A stretch of DNA of 64,000 nt, taken from the NCBI GenBank assembly GCA_964016885.1, contig OZ024741.1, positions 268,336,001 to 268,400,000 of the forward strand, in the 5' to 3' direction. The stretch's first letter is position 1. Each line of letters starts with the position of its first letter. Shown here in pieces: positions 12,323-24,859 of the stretch. Position numbers and translations under genes: made by a program. Below the pieces are notes generated by a model that did no database searches, was not told where the DNA came from, and saw only the letters and a program-made list of their open reading frames with translations. The stretch is from Eledone cirrhosa (taxonomy: Eukaryota).

Positions 12323-12489
12323 CAGTGCTTCTCAAACTTTTTCAAATGTGGAACCCTTTTTGGTTCAGAAACTTTTGGGGGAACCCCAAAGTTTAATACT
12401 GTTATATGATTGTAATATAAATATACTCCTCTACCTTTTTTCATGGAACCCCAGACACTTCTTTGTGGAACCCTCTTTGGGAACCATTG
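12323..12489. mobile_element. hAT (Charlie-like) MITE
   Basis: TIRs CAGTGCTTCTCAAA / TTTGGGAACCATTG; imperfect 8-bp TSD TTATAGAG / TCATAGAT (NNNTAGAN type). Confidence 0.75.
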
Positions 12490-12559
12490 TCATAGATATC
12501 CAAAGCAAATTTACCTCAGAGGAAGTGTAGCTGGCTGGCTGGTCAGTCGGTTAGTTGGT

Positions 12560-13010
12560 TAGTTTCAATGGTTTGATTTGAAGGAAGGGGCTAGCTGTGT
12601 CCATTACCTTCACAGGCTCTCCAAAACAAGTGAGATCAATATAGTTGATGCTCTTCTTGAACAACTGCAATTGATGAAGTTGCTCACCAACACATTCCAA
12701 AGTCTGGTCACACATGGGCAGAAAGAGTGAATTCCAGTGGGACGATGCTCTGAGGAAAAAGGATTGGGAATAGGGGTTAGGGAAACAACACAACATTATG
12801 GGTGATGAGGAAGAAAGAGAAGTGAGTGCCTGAGTAGAGGTGAGAACCAACCAGATAGTTTTGAGAGACAGAGATCAAAACCACTGTAGAAGTTTTAGAA
12901 GTGGCAGAGAAGAAAGACAGCATTTTGGATCAGAGCTTGGAATGTGTTGGTGAGCAATTTCATCCCAATCTTTAGGATATCTGTATGTGTAGAAACCACG
13001 CTGGCCTAGG
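12560..13010 (-). mobile_element. Degenerate CR1/L2/Jockey-type LINE 3' fragment
   Basis: SFFLRASSHWNSL...LQLFKKSINYIDL resembles the SFFPRT..WNSLP..FK C-terminus of these clades. Confidence 0.55.
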
Positions 13011-13687
13011 TATAAAAGTAGTATTTCTTTCTTTCTTGTTGATTGGTTGACTATTTGGTTGGCGGGATGATTGGCCTGAACATTTTTAACTTTAACTTTT
13101 AGGTGAATTATAGAATAAAGGTTAATAATAAAATTATCTGACCAGTTTCCATGTCAGTTTGATCAATTGATGTGAACTATAAAGTTAACAATGGTTATAT
13201 ATAACAAAAATATGTGAGGAGACACAGAGGGCCAAAATAGTCATTGAGAAGGTCACAGCATATGTTGAAAGATCTTTGGCAATTAAATTACCATTTGGTT
13301 ACAAAAGCAACCAATGAATGGATAAGTTACTTGACTACTAATGATTTCTAAGCTAGACACAAGGCCAGCAATTTGTGGGGAGGGAAAGTCAATCATATCA
13401 ACACCAGTATTTAACTGGTATACACATACACACACATATACACACACGCATACACACACACAAACATATATGTCTCCTCTATCACCTCAGTTTGTTCTTA
13501 TATACACATATATATACATATATACAAACAAAATCGGAGACGATCTCATATACCAAACATATCTGAAGAACTTTTGATTACAGAGTCAGGTTTGATCTGT
13601 AATAGATCTTGCATCGAGCTGATTGATAGAGAACCATATGTAATATGTTAATAGATATGATATGATGCAATACTGAATCCTCGTTCT

Positions 13688-13721
<34 letters not shown>

Positions 13722-13724
<3 letters not shown>

Positions 13725-14615
13725 TCATCATCATCATTTAACATTCATTTTCCCATGCTTGCATGGATTAAACGGGTTGTTGCATTATGAGACAAGTCAG
13801 TCTGGAGACCAACATGCTCATACTGATCTGTATTTTGGCTTGGTTTCTACAGCTTGATGCTCTTCCTAACACCAACCACATTACACTGTAGACTGGGTGC
13901 TTTTTATTGTAGCACCGAAATGATCACTTAAACAGGGTGGACTGGGTGCTTTTTGTTAAGTCCTCAGCCCAACCACCTTACAGGGTGGACTGAGTGCTTT
14001 TTGTTGTGTCACCAGTACAACCACCTTATAGTGTGGACTGGATACTTTTTCTCGTGTCACCAACATGACCACCTTACATGATGGACTGGGTGCTTTTGTT
14101 GTTGTGGCACCAGATCAGCATACAGTGGATCTAGTGTATTTGTCGTGGCAACAGCATTGTGGGAGATAAGATGTAGAACACATCCAGCTTTCAGGCCTGA
14201 ATGCTTAGGTTGGGCAGGCAAGGTCTATCAGAGGTGAGGGTTTGGAAGGGGGGACAAGTAAGCAGGCTTGACATCGATGATGTGCATGGGATATTTAGCA
14301 GATGAGGGAAAAGTATTAAGACTGGGGGAGAGTGAAAGGGGAGCAGTGAAGAGAAGATTGGTGTAGACTAGTGTGTCTTCTACATGTTTGTTTCATTTCA
14401 TGTGTGCACATGGGAAAACAAGCCATCTATAGTACAGCATACTAATGCCAGAGATCTCGATCCTGTGTCATCTCCTTTCTGAGGTTTAATTGGGGAAGGT
14501 CAGCTTTTATCACTTCATCTCAAGCTTTCCTAGGTCTTCCCCTTCCATAGTTTCCATCGACTTTCAGTGCCCTGCACCTTTTTATACTGCTCTCATCCTC
14601 CATACACATCACATC
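13722..14615 (-). mobile_element. Old RTE LINE 3' end with ~7 copies of the 42-bp UTR repeat
   Basis: (CAT)n tail at 13722; GGGTGCTTTTT repeats; degenerate C-terminal coding at ~14450-14610. Confidence 0.65.
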
Positions 14616-14627
14616 CACACACATATC

Positions 14628-14960
14628 ATCATTATCATCATCATCACCGTTTTACGTCCGTTCTGCCACGCTAGCATGGGTTAGACGGGTTGTCCTGTTG
14701 TGGGCAGTGTCCGGTCAGCTGCCCTTGTCTTGCTCATACGAGAACTGATTCTGGCTTGATTTCTACAGCTGAATGCCCTTCCTAACACCAACCTCATTTA
14801 CAGTGAGTGCTGGGTGCTTTTTTTGCCGTGGCACCTCCAGGACCACTTTGCAGTGGAATGATAGGGACTTCAGTCCTGTCATCTCATTTCTACAGCTGAG
14901 TAAACTGAAGCAATGTGAAATAAAGTGTCTTGCTCAAGGAAACAACATATCACCCGGTCT
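14628..14960 (-). mobile_element. SINE with RTE-derived tail (5' truncated)
   Basis: Matches both the RTE 3' UTR (1790-1980) and the SINE central region of 23096-23424. Confidence 0.8.
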
Positions 14961-15219
14961 GATATATATATACACGCACTTCGTTTTTCTATTTGTTTTG
15001 CAAGATTTCTTATCTGAAAACGTGTGTTGAAACAGATATTGTTATACTTTGGGGGGGGTCATGCTGCCAATAGATATCTGTTGATTTTCACTTCAATTTA
15101 TTACAAATTTCCATCCAGTTATTAAACCAACCAACCGACCGGAATTTTGTAATAGATTGAAATGAAAACCAACAGCATGACCCTCCCAAAGTATAACAAT
15201 CTCTCTCTCTATATATATG

Positions 15220-15292
<73 letters not shown>

Positions 15293-16224
15293 TCGGTATA
15301 ATTCATAGTTAGGATCTCAAATCAACAAATCTGATGAACAGATCAAGACAGGAGTCAGATCTATCACATTGATATAGACCTCAAGCCAATCATCTGCGAA
15401 ATGTATGTAATGATCGATCATCATCACCATAATTTTATGTCCACTGTTCCATGCTTACATGGATTGGACGAGTCTTTCTCAGCACAGCATCTCTTTTCTT
15501 CCATCCTGTTCTTATTCTAGCTACTCTATTCTTGAATCACCATTCTCCACTAATTAAGTCACCTTGATAGCAGAAGCTATCAACCATTTCTATGTATCCT
15601 ACCTGGGATTGAAAAAGATGTATATCACTGACAATCTTACTATTATTTTTATATATAAATATACCTAAATGTATTTGTGAGTGAATAATAATATTATTAT
15701 AACAATATCATAATATTAATATTCTGTTTGCTTATTATTTACTCACAAATACTTACATACATACACACATATGTATATATCTTGAAGGCGGCCGACTGGA
15801 CTAGAAACTGTTAAATGTTTGGCCGCCTTCTTGTCTCTTTAACTTTTCAGCCCCATGGATTGTGTCTATTATATTACTTTGTTAAATTTCAAATACCTGA
15901 TGATGTCACCGGATTCATACTGAACCCTTTCATTGAAATGTTCATAGTATAATAAACCTTTAAGTAATTACACCAGTCCAGCCTCCTGTTATTTTATAAT
16001 AATTAACTCCATACTCGCACCTCCAACAGCACAAACGAAGACGGGTGAGTTGCATTACATCGAGTGCTCTCCCTAATATCACATCAAGGTTGACTATATG
16101 GAATGACCAGTTCTATCCAGTGGTGAACCAACAAACCTAAATGAATATATATATATATATATATATTTCAAACCCATGCAAGCGTGGAACATGGACGTTA
16201 AACGATGATGATGATATATATATA

Positions 16225-17612
16225 TCACAGAAAGAGTTATAGCGTAACTAATCAGAGAGCGAATTGATCTAGATGAAATGCAGTTTGGGTTTGTGTCAGG
16301 TAAAAGTACCACGGACGCTCTTTTCCTTGTACGACAACTACAGGAGAAGTACCTAGCTAAAAGTAAACCCCTATACTTAGCTTTTGTTGACTTGGAGAAA
16401 GCCTTTGACAGAGTCCCCCGCTCCATTATCTGGTGGGCTCTTAGAAAACTAGGTGTTGATGAATGGCTTGTGAGAGCTATACAAGCCATGTATAAAGAAA
16501 CAGTCAATAAGGTTAGAATTAACAACGAATATAGTGAAGAATTTAGCGTAAAAGTTGGTGTTCATCAAGGCTCTGACCTTAGCCCCCTCCTATTTATTAT
16601 TGCCCTTCAGGCTATAACGGAGGAGTTCAAGACCGGCTGTCCATGGGAACTTCTATACGCAGATGATCTAACTATCATAGCTGAATCAATGGCTGAACTA
16701 GAGAAGAAATTCCAAACATGGAAGCATGGCCTAGAATCAAAAGGCTTTAAAGTTAACTTGTCTAAGACTAAAGTTCTAGTATGTAGAAAGGAAAATAGGG
16801 TTCAGATACCCTCTGGCAAATGGCCATGCTCAGTGTGTAGGAAAGGAGTAGGTAGAAATTCCATATTATGTTTCAAATGCAAATTAAGCATCCATGCTCC
16901 GTTGGATGTGTAATAGTAATATACGCGAACGGCAAAGCATAAATGAACTAAGTGAGAAATTAGGAATAAGAGGGATCAGATGTTGTTTACTCAAGAGAAG
17001 ACTACGTTGGTATGGTCACGTGATGCGCATGAAAGACGACAGCTGTATAAAAATGTGCAGGGCGATCAAAATTGATGGAAGTTACGGAGTAGGCAGACCC
17101 AGAAAAACCTGGGACGATTTGATAAATTCCGACCTCACACACTTACACCTCTCTAAGACAATGTCACTGGACCAAGAGCTTTTGCGCTACACAGTAATAC
17201 AGAAGACCCGTCTTGCCTATGGTACAAAGCGAAACCAACAGTCAGTAGGCACCTCTTAACCAAATATATACCCCAATCCACTAACCCCCCCCACACACAC
17301 ACTCCCACCAACACCACCCTTTCTCTGTAAAGTTATGTTGGTACCACAACATCCAGTCCAAAATAAATGAGGTCGTGTAGGTGTCACGACAAAAAACACA
17401 CAGTCCATGCTGTAATGTGGCCGTGTAGGTAACATGGTAAAAACCTCCCAGTTCCACACTGTAAATGTGGTTGGTTTTAGGAATGGCATCCAGCCGTAGA
17501 AAACCTGTCAGACAGCCCTATACGAGTGAGACATGGTCACCCTACCAATCTTGCCTCAAGTAGGACAATTCCCGTCTAAACTATGCTAGCGTGGACGATA
17601 GACGTTAAACGT

Positions 17613-17642
<30 letters not shown>
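16225..17642 (+). mobile_element. 5'-truncated RTE LINE with internal deletion from mid-PHD finger to the EASMLRWMC region
   Basis: RT ORF 16278-16886 closely similar to 51-1676; jumps at ~16886 to MLRWMCNSN; (GAT)n tail ~17613-17642. Confidence 0.92.
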
Positions 17643-17643
<1 letters not shown>

Positions 17644-17714
17644 ATATATATGTGTGTGTGTATATATATGTATATATATGTATATATATATATATACCCA
17701 TATATATATAGAAG

Positions 17715-17927
17715 AAACGATCGACTTTCGTCGAATTGGACTGAGGAAACAATGTTTCCGTTGGTCTTTCCAATTGCTAATACTATCTATCGGTTGCAAC
17801 TCCAGGTAGAAGGAGCAACGTGAAATAAAGTGCTCAAGGACATAATGTATCGCCTGGTCCAGGAATCGAACTCACAACCTTACGATTGCGAATTCAATAA
17901 TCTAACCACTCAGCCACACGCCTTCAC
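17715..17927 (-). mobile_element. tRNA-headed SINE, third tail type
   Basis: Minus-strand TGGCTGAGTGG A box and GAGTTCGATTCC B box; tail homologous to 55080-55220 and 47610-47730. Confidence 0.7.
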
Positions 17928-18234
17928 CCAATATATATATATATAAATATACACACACACACACATATATATATATATAGATAGCATCATCATCATCATC
18001 ATCACCATTCAATGTCAATTTTCCATGCTTGCATGGGTTAGACGGGTCATCCACATCATGAAACAAGTCTGGTCCGTTGGCCGTGCTGTACCTTGCTCAG
18101 ACGGAACTGTAAATTTGGCTGGGATTTTTATAGCTGGATGCCCTTCCTAACACCAAACACATTTACAGTGTGAAACTGGATGGCACCACATACACTTACA
18201 CACATATATACATATGTATGTACACAGTAGTATA

Positions 18235-18515
18235 GGTGTGTGGCCTAATGGTAAGGGTGTTAGACTTACAATCATAATGTTGTGGGTTTGATTCCTAGGC
18301 TGGGTTTCATGTTGTGTTCTTGAGCAAAACACTTCATTTCACGTTGCTCCAGTATACTCAGCTCAGCTAAAAATGAGTACCAGCAATAACTGGGGGTTTA
18401 ACCCTATGATGGACTGGCGTCCTGTCCAGGGAGGAGTCTTGTACTCTCAGTTGCTTCACGCCATGAAACCAGGATAAGCACCGGCCTAATGAGCCTTCTG
18501 GCTTAAGACTGACTT
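18235..18515 (+). mobile_element. tRNA-headed SINE with CTTGAGCAA..CACTT core and V-domain-like CCTATGATGGACTGGCGTCCTGTCCAGGG segment
   Basis: TGGCCTAATGG A box, GGTTTGATTCC B box; copies at ~44670-44925, 45587-45860, 54045-54235 (-). Confidence 0.75.
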
Positions 18516-19117
18516 AAGATGTACACAGTTGTAATCAGAATGTTTTTATCTTTTTTTCCAAAGGCCAGATCAATATGAAATCTAAAATTAAGTGAGTCAA
18601 ACATGAAATATAGAGGGAAGAATGATACAATAACTTGTGATGCCTTCTCTCCTCATTATTTCACGTTTACAGGCCTAACATTCCATGTAACTGAATGAAA
18701 TAGCTATAAAACCATAGAGTTTGCTGAAGAATCTTTTCTAAATGAAGAGTTAGGAGGGAGTGTGAATACAAACCAGTATGGGTGGGATAGGGTGGGAAAC
18801 TTAGCTATCAGGGTGGTTTTTGTTTGTTTGTTTTTTTTTTGTGTGTTTTTTAGCCCCAGGTCAATCATGATTGAGTTCAGTAGACCCTCAATCAATGGTT
18901 TTCACATCATAATCTGTTTGCATATCTAAGGACTACATTATACAATAAGTCCTTCCACTTTTTCTTTTTTTTTTTTAACAACTGTAGAGTATATATTGGA
19001 GAGTGATTTGGTTGCTGTTTCTGGCAAGTCAAGTTTCTGCAGAGAGGCTTCCTAATTGATATCGCTCATTAAACAGGTTATCTTTAAAGTGCAAGGTGGC
19101 AATTGCTGTACTGTAGA

Positions 19118-19231
19118 GATGATGATGTCGATGATGGTGGTGGCGGTGGTGGTGGTGATGGTGGTGGTGGTGGTGATTGTGGTGGTGGTAGTGATTGTGG
19201 TGGTGGTGGTGATTGTGGTGGTGGTGGTGTC

Positions 19232-19288
<57 letters not shown>

Positions 19289-19460
19289 GGTGGTGGTTGT
19301 GGTGGTGGTGGTGGTGGCGATGATGACGACAATGATGATGAATGAGATGATGATGTCGATGATGATGAATGTTAGGATGATGATGGTGATGCTGATGCTG
19401 ATGATGATGATGAATATGATGACGATGATGGTGATATGATGAGGAATGGGATGATGATGG

Positions 19461-19509
<49 letters not shown>

Positions 19510-19530
19510 GGTGGTGTTGATGATGATGAT
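19118..19530. repeat. (GAT)n/(GGT)n compound trinucleotide repeat
   Basis: Direct reading; explains the poly-His/Met/Asp ORFs. Confidence 0.93.
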
Positions 19531-19734
19531 GCTCTAGTGAGGCTGGCTTCTCTCCTCACACTCCTCCCTCTCTCCCTGCCTCCCTCCCTCCCTCTTCACA
19601 GTTACCATACTAAACTATCCTATTACTAAGCATCTCACAAGTTATTGATCCCCCTGCACATCCTGATACATCTTATTCCTGACTAATCCACTGGAGCGTA
19701 TGCACAGATATTGATTCTCAAAGAAAAAAAACCC

Positions 19735-20240
19735 CTGCCTCCTCCTCCTCCCCCTCCTCCCCCTCCTTCACACACCCCTCCTCTTCCTCCTCCTCCATCC
19801 CCCACCCATCCCCCCTCCGCCACGCCTTCCCCTCCTTCTCACCCCCCCTCTCCTATCTTCCTCTTCCAACCTTCTTCCTTAAACACTCTCCACCTGCTCC
19901 TCCTCTTTCTCCTCCTCCTCTCTTGCACTGCCTCTTCCACGCCTCTCTCTGTTTCACCCCCACCCCCCTCACAGCCACCCCACTACCGACATCTTTCCAC
20001 CAGCACCTCCACCACCCACCACCAACACCACCATCACCACCACCACCACCACCAACAACAACAACAACTACAACAAAAACAACAACCAACACCTCTACCA
20101 CCACACCACCACCACCACCACCACCACCACCACCACCATCTTTATCACCATTACTACTACAACACACTACCTCTCTCTTTCTCTCCATCTCTCCCTCACT
20201 CTCCCCCTCTCCCTCCCTCACTCTCTCATTACCACCAACA
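19735..20240. repeat. C-rich low-complexity / (CCT)n,(CAC)n repeats
   Basis: Direct reading. Confidence 0.88.
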
Positions 20241-20379
20241 CAGTAGTTCTTCATGGTACCTCTATGATCTCCAGCATTGCTATAAAAAAAATCTTGCTGC
20301 ACCACCACAATGAGTTCTGAGATCTGAGCAAGATGATTATTTGTAAAGGTCCTCAGGTTGACCCTATTATCCCACTCAC

Positions 20380-20461
20380 TACTTGATAGGGTCCCTATGT
20401 GTAGCCCTAAAGATCTTAACCCAGATATTGATTTCTCTTTAGGCAATACAACTGTCATATT
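20380..20461 (-). CDS. Possible upstream exon of host gene (NMTVVLPKEKSISGLRSLGLHIGTLSS)
   Basis: cttactcttttattcag| acceptor, |GTGAGT donor, 82 nt ending in phase 1 (compatible with exon 12214-12293). Confidence 0.35.
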
Positions 20462-20585
20462 CTGAATAAAAGAGTAAGTGATAATTAACACATTTAACCC
20501 CAGCATATTACTGATACAGTAGATGCCACTTATAATCACAGATAATGTTATCAATTTGTAGGTCCCAAACTCTTTATTTGCTTAA

Positions 20586-21040
20586 CCATTTTGATACCAA
20601 ACCACCTAAAACTGCTTTAGTTTTACACAAATGCTCATTTTAAAATGTTCATGCTTATATTTAAACCTTCTATCTTAATTCTGTTTAACCCTTTAGTATT
20701 TAAACCAGCCATATCCAGCTAAAATTCTCTCACCTCTTTCTGTTCCAACCAGCCATAACCAGCTGCTCATATTAACAATAAGGTATTGTTCTTAAAATAA
20801 ATATCAGAATCTTGTAGATTCAGTATCATGTGAGATAATTATGTGAGATAAAGCCTTTACTGCTAAAATACAATAGTAAATATAGAGTAATGTAAATGCA
20901 TGCTATAGGGTTAAGTAATGTTCAAAACATCAGCTTACTAATAAAAAGGTTGGCTATTTCATTAAATTCTTCAAATTTTAAAGATTAATTGATTCAGATA
21001 GGCAATGTATTTCATTAGAAATATGGTAACAAATGGGTTA
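20586..21040. mobile_element. piggyBac-like MITE family 2 (CCCTTTTGATACC termini) with a family-1 MITE nested at 20689-20910
   Basis: TTAA-flanked inner element; outer family also at ~21876-22406, 43145-43383, 54488-54740, 55800-56012. Confidence 0.7.
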
Positions 21041-21059
21041 CTCAATCAGTCAATTACTA

Positions 21060-21705
21060 TTATTGAAAAAGCTCGAACTGGTGCAGTAATGCGGCACCAG
21101 CTTCAGCACATAGTCATCAGAAGAAGGAAGGTAGGTGTAAAAGCTGAACTTGTTATCTTCAATTTGGTGTTTGTGCCTACCCTAACCTATGGTCATAACT
21201 TTTAGGTAATAACTGAATGAATGCAACTGCAAATAAAAGCAGCTAAAATGGGGTTCCTCTGAAGGGTCTTTGGAGCAATGTTACTTTGTAGGGTGCATGG
21301 CTCAGAGATCAGAGACTCACTTCAAGTAGAGTTGCTACTTCTCCACATTGAGAAATCACAGCTCTGGTATAATGAATATGTTGTTAGAATGTCTAAGGAA
21401 AGAATTGGTGTACATATTTTACAGGTAAAACCAGCCAGCAAGAGACCTAGGGGTAGACCACGAGGGAGATAGTTGGATAACATCCATAAGCTTGGATGTT
21501 CTCACTTAGAGATCTAACTGAATCATTTGGAGATGGTTGCTTCTGATTGGATCCTCAGGAAGGTGTCTCTGAGGACTCTCCCTCCCTCAAGGACTAAGTG
21601 GGCAGAAGAGGAAGAAGAAGAAGAAGGAGGAGGAGGAGGAGGAGGAGGAGGAGGAGAAGAAGAAGAAGAAGAAGAAGAAGAAGAAGAAGAAGAAGAAGAA
21701 GAAGC
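21060..21705 (+). mobile_element. Degenerate RTE 3' fragment (second family) followed by (GAA/GGA)n
   Basis: VFVPTLTYGH, LLLHIEKSQL.W, KRPRGRPRGR motifs; related copies at ~33765-34010 and 50000-50440. Confidence 0.75.
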
Positions 21706-22127
21706 CAGCTTCACTCAAAAGTGATTGCAATAAGCAGTTTCCATTACTTATTTTACTGACTCTTGAGGAACCTCATCAATACTTGAATTCTGATCTATAA
21801 GAACACCCAAGTAGCTACTATAAAATTGTGCTACCTTGAAATAACTAAAAGAAATATATATATATATTCCATATTCCCTTTGATACCAATCTGGCCAAAA
21901 CCAGCTCTGGTTCTATGAAAGTAAACCACCCATTTCAAATGTTTCTTACATGAATTTATATCTTCCAACATGGTATTATACAAGAACCATATTTTAAGTT
22001 ATTATATTTCTTACAGAAAATTTCCCTTTCCCTCAGAAATGAAATAATTAATCATTTGAGTAAATCCTTCAAAATTCTGCATTAATTAATTGAAAGAGAG
22101 TATATTTCATTATCTCAACTTCCCAAG

Positions 22128-22368
22128 TTGAGATGGTACGGGCACATGATCTTCAGAGCTTGCCAAGACTGTCCTGCAGGGGACAGTACAAGGAGGGAGG
22201 AAGAGAAGCAGACAGAAAAAGAGATGGGAGGACAACATCCCGGAATGAACAGGCATAAAGCTATGTGCAACCGTGAGGAGGGCAGAGAGGCAAGAGGAAT
22301 GGAAGGATCTGGTTGCCAGGTCATTTGTGGTGCCCCAGCAGTCCACCAGACAACGGGATAGATGAGAG
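22128..22368 (+). mobile_element. RTE 3' fragment (third family) inserted in a MITE
   Basis: LRWYGH..AKTVLQGTVQGGRKRSRQKKRWEDNI; GATGAGA tail; longer copy at 44180-44647. Confidence 0.8.
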
Positions 22369-22429
22369 ATAACATATTTCATTATAAATATCGTAACTAA
22401 AGGGTTATACAGCCTGTAAAGGTGGAAAA

Positions 22430-22752
22430 TTGTCAGTCATTAGAATGGTGGATGGAATATTTATTCCAGATCTATGTACTCTCTAAAAGTAAATACCGCT
22501 GATGTCAACTTTGCCTTCCATCCATAGAAGATCAATAAAAAAAAGTACCAGTCTAGTATTGGGGTTGATTCTTCTATATATGTTTCTCACTTTTTTTCTC
22601 CTACTCTCTATCCTTCTCTGGAAGAAATTTGCTGTACTCTGGTTTGGAGAGGGTAAGGGCTCTGCCAGGTTTAAAAATGCCCTAGAAACACTGTATGTCA
22701 ATATGGCGCCCATACAATACCTCAGGAGTTACGGGTCCATACCATACCATAT
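22430..22752 (+). mobile_element. Composite SINE-like element ending GGGTCCATACCATACC
   Basis: Same head-plus-tail arrangement repeated at ~26620-26932. Confidence 0.55.
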
Positions 22753-23095
22753 CAAATATGTATGTATGTATGCATGTATGTATATAGGCATACAATTTTG
22801 TTCTCTACCCTCATGACCACTTTACAGTGTGGGCTTGGCACTTTTTGTTGAATCACCAATAAGACCTGTTTACAGTGTGGGCTGGGAGCTTTTTGTTATG
22901 ACACCTACATGACCACTTTTCGGTGTGGACTATATATGTATATAAGCGAATTATCCACCCAAATGACTTAGCTCCTGTTGAGCAGTTTACAGGAAACAAG
23001 ATTCGAAAATTATGTTGGCTTTCTTGCCTCTGGCATTAAATTAATCTAAATTCCCCACTATATATATATTTATATTTATATTTATTTATATATAT

Positions 23096-23424
23096 GGAGG
23101 CACATGGCTTAGTGGTTAGAGCATTGGGCTTGCAATCGAAAGGTTGTGAGTTCAATTCTCAGACCGCGTGATGTGTTGTTTCCTTGAGCAAGACACTTTA
23201 TTTCACATTGCTCCAGTTTACTCAGCTGTAGAAATGAGATGATAGGGACTGGAGTCCATATCATTCCACTGCAAAGTGGTCATGGAAGTGCCACGGCAAA
23301 AAAGCACCCAGCACTCACTGTAAATGAGGTTGGTGTTAGGAAGGGCATTCAGCTGTAGAAATCAAGCCAGAATCAGTCCCGTCCCACCCTTGCAAGCAGG
23401 GAAAAGCGGACGTAAAAATGATGT
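23096..23424 (+). mobile_element. Full-length tRNA-derived SINE with RTE-LINE-derived 3' tail
   Basis: A box TGGCTTAGTGG, B box GAGTTCAATTC, CTTGAGCAAGACACTT core, tail nearly identical to RTE 3' UTR 1715-1860 and end GGACGTAAAAATGATG. Confidence 0.88.
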
Positions 23425-23459
23425 AAGTTTGTAAGTTGAAGTATATATATATATACACA

Positions 23460-24347
23460 CAGGGTGCGGACGATATTTGTTCGCAATTTTCAACTGCTAA
23501 TTTTATGCAAATTTTTTTTACTTCTGTTGTCACTCTTGTCTTCATAAAAACAGTGACTATATTTCCATTATTTATTCTCAGAATGATTATGAATAATTTT
23601 GAACCTCCAAATTTGTGGAAGAGACACAGAGTTCTTCTTGTAATCTGCGCCGGGAGGACAAATAAGACCAGAACATCAATTCCCAGAACAACAGGTGGCT
23701 CGCTGTCTCATCCAAAGACGTGCCCAGAGTCATGCAGACAAAGTTTCCAGTGACAACATTGGTCTTAGGTGTCGTCAGCAGTCAAGGTGACGTCATGCCA
23801 CCTCACTACTTCCCTGAGGGCCTCAAGCTGAACACCGATGGCTACATCCGTGTTATGAGCAAAGTAGTAAAGCCCTGGATCGACCAGGTAGCTGCAGGTA
23901 GGCCATACGTGTGGCAGCAAGACTCAGCGCCCTGCCATACCAGCCGAAAGACCCAAGCCTGGCTGTCAGAGAACTTCATCAACCACACTTCACCTGACAT
24001 CTGGCCTCCAAGCTCGCCTAACTGCAACCACCTCGACTTCTTTGTGTGGGGCGCAGTGGAATGAGACACCAACATATCTAGATGCAATACAAAAGACGAT
24101 CTGAAGGCCAGGATCACAAGTGCCTTTAGGGGCCTAAGTTGGGGGACAGTGACAAAGGACTGTAGCCGGTTCCGAGGCCGCCCTGAGGCCGTCATCAAAG
24201 CCAATGGCGGGTTTATCGAGTGAGATCGAAAGAACAAGCCATGAAGACAAACTGACCCAAGTTTGATAAATAAATCTTAAAAAATAAAACTACTGTGTTA
24301 TTTTTTCCTAGACAGTAATCTTGCGAACAGATATCGTCTGCACCCTG
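23460..24347 (+). mobile_element. Tc1/mariner maT (DD37D) transposon, internally deleted, transposase disrupted
   Basis: TIRs CAGGGTGCGGACGATATTTGTTCGCAA / TTGCGAACAGATATCGTCTGCACCCTG|TA; WQQDSAPCH...WPPSSPNCNHLDFFVWG with 37 residues between the two Asp. Confidence 0.9.
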
Positions 24348-24859
24348 TATATATGTGTATATATATATATATAAAGAAAAGAAGTTGAAAATGTACTTGG
24401 AGTTTTAAAGAAGATTTATTTACAATAACTTTACCAGTTTCACAATTTCAAGATTTTCAAAAGTTAAGTGAGATGGAAAGATGGGGAGCTATGTCATAAC
24501 TGTCTCGCTTTTGACTGGAGTTCGAAAATCCTTTTGTCTTATGAAGAGAACATGGCTCAAACTGCTATCTCTCCAAGATACAATTTAAATGGTTGAGGAT
24601 GATCACATGATTAGGCATAGACTTTTGTTAGTTCTTAACTATGTTCATGTATTAATGTCATGTGGCAAAACATAATATGTGTGCCAAAAATTTCAGGTTG
24701 ACATGGTTCAATGAATGTGTCTAGTAAAAGTCCAACACAATCAAGTCTCTTTAAATCTAATCATCAATTGGCAGAATGAACAAGATTTGTTTGTATGTAT
24801 GTATGATGGCGGGAGAACTCATAGGAGTCAACAGCCATCTGAAAGTGTGTAAATATGTA

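Noticed and set aside
15540-15602. Minus-strand exon with a good acceptor
   Set aside because: Translates to an RTE fragment (EMVDSFCY.GDLIS...RIRTGWKK) with a stop
18484-18512. Hammerhead in SINE 3' end (CT(G/A)ATGAGCC..GGCTT)
   Set aside because: No GAAA after the hairpin in any of the copies at 18484, 44892 or 45829
19029-20313. Poly-His, Pro, Met, Gly and Asp ORFs
   Set aside because: Trinucleotide microsatellite translations open in several frames on both strands
23096-23170. tRNA gene
   Set aside because: A and B boxes are present but run directly into the SINE core and LINE tail; multi-copy, with no complete acceptor stem
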